A stretch of 63,913 bases of DNA, the filler included, from Piptocephalis cylindrospora (lineage: Eukaryota): NCBI GenBank assembly GCA_003614145.1. It is 15 parts of 15 records of this genome, joined end to end, with 100 filler letters (N's around TTAATTAATTAA, not from the genome) between each part and the next. Parts side by side here need not be neighbours in the genome. Positions count along the whole stretch, not along the records: positions 59,791 to 63,913 come from KZ988567.1; 14 more parts are not named here. One strand, 5' to 3'. Under the pieces are notes generated by a model. It saw only the letters and a list, made by a program, of their open reading frames with translations, ran no database searches and was not told the DNA's origin. Below are positions 62,031-63,913 of this stretch, piece after piece. Position 1 is the stretch's first letter; each line of letters opens with the position of its first letter. The translations under genes were made by a program, and so were the position numbers.

Positions 62031-63344
62031 AAAATTCTAAACCTTTTTGAGATGAATCTGTGAAGACTTTTAGGAAAAAAGGGAAGATTGTAATTTTCCC
62101 AATACATTTTGCTGTTTACTACTACTGTTAGGTAGTTTTTCTGTGCTTGATTTCGCCAAGTTTAGCGGGTGTGAGTGATTAGACTGGGGGAAGGTCAGTC
62201 AGAGAGACAATTGCTGTGCCGGGTGATATGATGTGGGGAGATGAGTGCGGGATCGACAGAACGCTACAACTAGAGCGCAAACACAGTATAAATCAGAGAG
62301 GGAAAAGAGAAGGGGAAACTGGACGAGAATAAGAGTATACTGATGAGAGGAAAAGAAAAGGATCGAACGCCTCCCACGCTTCTGGCCCATCTTTCTGGGC
62401 GCTATGCGCCCAGCCTTATATATCGCCATTATCCGTTACGTGGTCTGTTGTCGCATCAATGCCTATTGAGGCGGCCTCTCAGACCCATCCCCCACATGAA
62501 CTTCTCCCATACGTAGCTCCTCTGACACCGCCCAGCTACGTTGGCTTACTCAGCCCTACTCGCCACACACCTAGGCCTACCGAGCGACCTCATCACTGCC
62601 ATCCAGCTACACAACACTACTACTACTTTATGGCAAAAGGCAAAAATGATCGGAATATCATTGCTTCAGCGGCCAGACCGAAGCTATTCCAATGATCGGA
62701 GGATCAGAATAGCCAAGACGACGGAGAATTAACACTCAGCTCGAAGCTGGGTGCGACAACCTTTATTCCCAAAGATAACCTCTGGGTTCTCGATGGCCAA
62801 GTGGAAATTCGAAAGAGGCCGTGACAAGAATCGAACCCGAGAGTTCAACCTTATCGCTTCCGATTTCCACAAGGATCAGTCGACCAAGCTATTCTGTTTT
62901 TGTCGGGTCACAGCCTACTCTAGACATGAGAGGGGTCCCCACAGTGAGGCTTACAAGCGAAGACTGAGACGGATTCAAAGCATTCATTTAGGATAAAACG
63001 TCTTTTCTACTTTAAAAGGAATTGGAAAAGTGTATAGTGCCGATGGTTCCATATTGAGGAGACGGGCGATGTAGAGGGATACCATAGAGTAGTATTTAAT
63101 GACACTTTACTGGCGCGCATCTTAGCCCACACAGCGGTAGCGATAATTGAAGGTGACGATGGTAATGACGATAGCAATAATAGGAGTAGTATCTCCTCAT
63201 AGTTAGCATCTCCCCCCTCTATTTCCCATTCCTCCCCTTTTAATAATTGCTTATGTGGTGGTGGTGGTGATAAACAGCGAAATGTGTTAGGAAAGATCAC
63301 AGCCTTCTCTTCTTCCTAAAGGCCTTCATAGGAAGCTCAAAAAG

Positions 63345-63475
63345 AACCTGGGAAGCCGGGCATTCAAGAAATCGATGCCTTATGGTTTCCTCTTCTTTAC
63401 CACGCCTTGGGCACACAGAAGAGGTATCACGGAAGGAAAGGGACTGAGCCGTCCATAAGGCACCTTGATGAAGGG
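63345..63475 (-). mobile_element. Second, decayed copy of the same LINE zinc-knuckle fragment in inverted orientation
   Basis: HQGALWTAQSLSFRDTSSVCPRRGKEEETIRHRFLECPASQ, nearly identical to 61475-61600. Confidence 0.75.
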
Positions 63476-63858
63476 TCCATAGCAAAGATTGGATTTTTTG
63501 GAGGTAGAGCCGGATGGAAGATTCCCGACCAAATCCTTGATGATGACGCCAATGATGGTGCCATTCTTGATATCAAGATAGAAGGCCTCCTTGGATGATA
63601 CAACGCCTTGACATCTACTGGTCTATTGGGTTGGTTTTCGTGTTTGTGTTTGACATGGGTGTGAGCACAACACAGCTCAGCACAGTTCAGCACAGTTCAA
63701 ACCAAGCCAGCCCACATCATCCCATTGATGTCAGCTGAATTCAACCCGTGACGTAAACAACAGTATAAATAGGGCATATTCCCAGAGACCCGTTTTCCAT
63801 CTCCCCATCCTTCCTTTACTTTCTCTGTCAAACCTCCCCTATCCCATCTTCCCATCTT

Positions 63859-63913
63859 CAACTCCCAACTCCCAACTCCCAACTCCCAACTCCCAACTCC
63901 CAACTCCCAACTC
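63859..63913. repeat. Heptamer tandem repeat (CAACTCC)n, about 8 copies
   Basis: Perfect array running to the end of the window. Confidence 0.92.

Noticed and set aside
63859..63913. (CAACTCC)n / (TTGGGAG)n as a telomere
   Set aside because: The C-rich strand runs 5'->3' toward the end, the wrong polarity for a right-hand telomere. Treated as a microsatellite.

Overview
This is not one locus. It is about 15 unrelated ~4.2 kb contigs joined by an artificial N44-TTAATTAATTAA-N44 linker, so gene neighbourhoods are only meaningful within a contig. Short GT-AG introns and the gene set show a compact fungal nuclear genome. By inference it is an early-diverging lineage, possibly a fragmented assembly of a Zoopagomycota mycoparasite such as Piptocephalis; this cannot be confirmed from sequence alone. 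Most content is housekeeping: two tandem Zn-dependent alcohol dehydrogenases, PEX11, tRNA-Lys(CTT), an SP-RING SUMO ligase, a USP deubiquitinase, ALKBH7, two TMEM184/Ost-alpha genes, an EED-like WD40 protein, NDUFAF5, an Apd1-like ferredoxin, NHP6, a HOS2-like HDAC, COX5A, OST5, MCM4, an HATPase/DUF3684-type protein, Snapin, a Sel1-repeat protein and an MPS1 kinase. The most interesting accessory content is: (1) contig 25877-30062, which has no housekeeping gene but carries a large orphan ORF with motifs loosely like Rep_trans rolling-circle initiators, a small secreted 6-Cys cationic protein, and iterated repeats ending in a hairpin; (2) a TA-flanked foldback element made of two Tc1 3' ends whose left arm shares a catalytic-Glu deletion with a longer Tc1 copy; (3) an AT-richer, intronless, secreted NucA/NucB-type DNase; (4) a PC-esterase/TBL-like protein lacking its catalytic Ser and His. 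All family calls come from motif recognition by eye, not from database searches.
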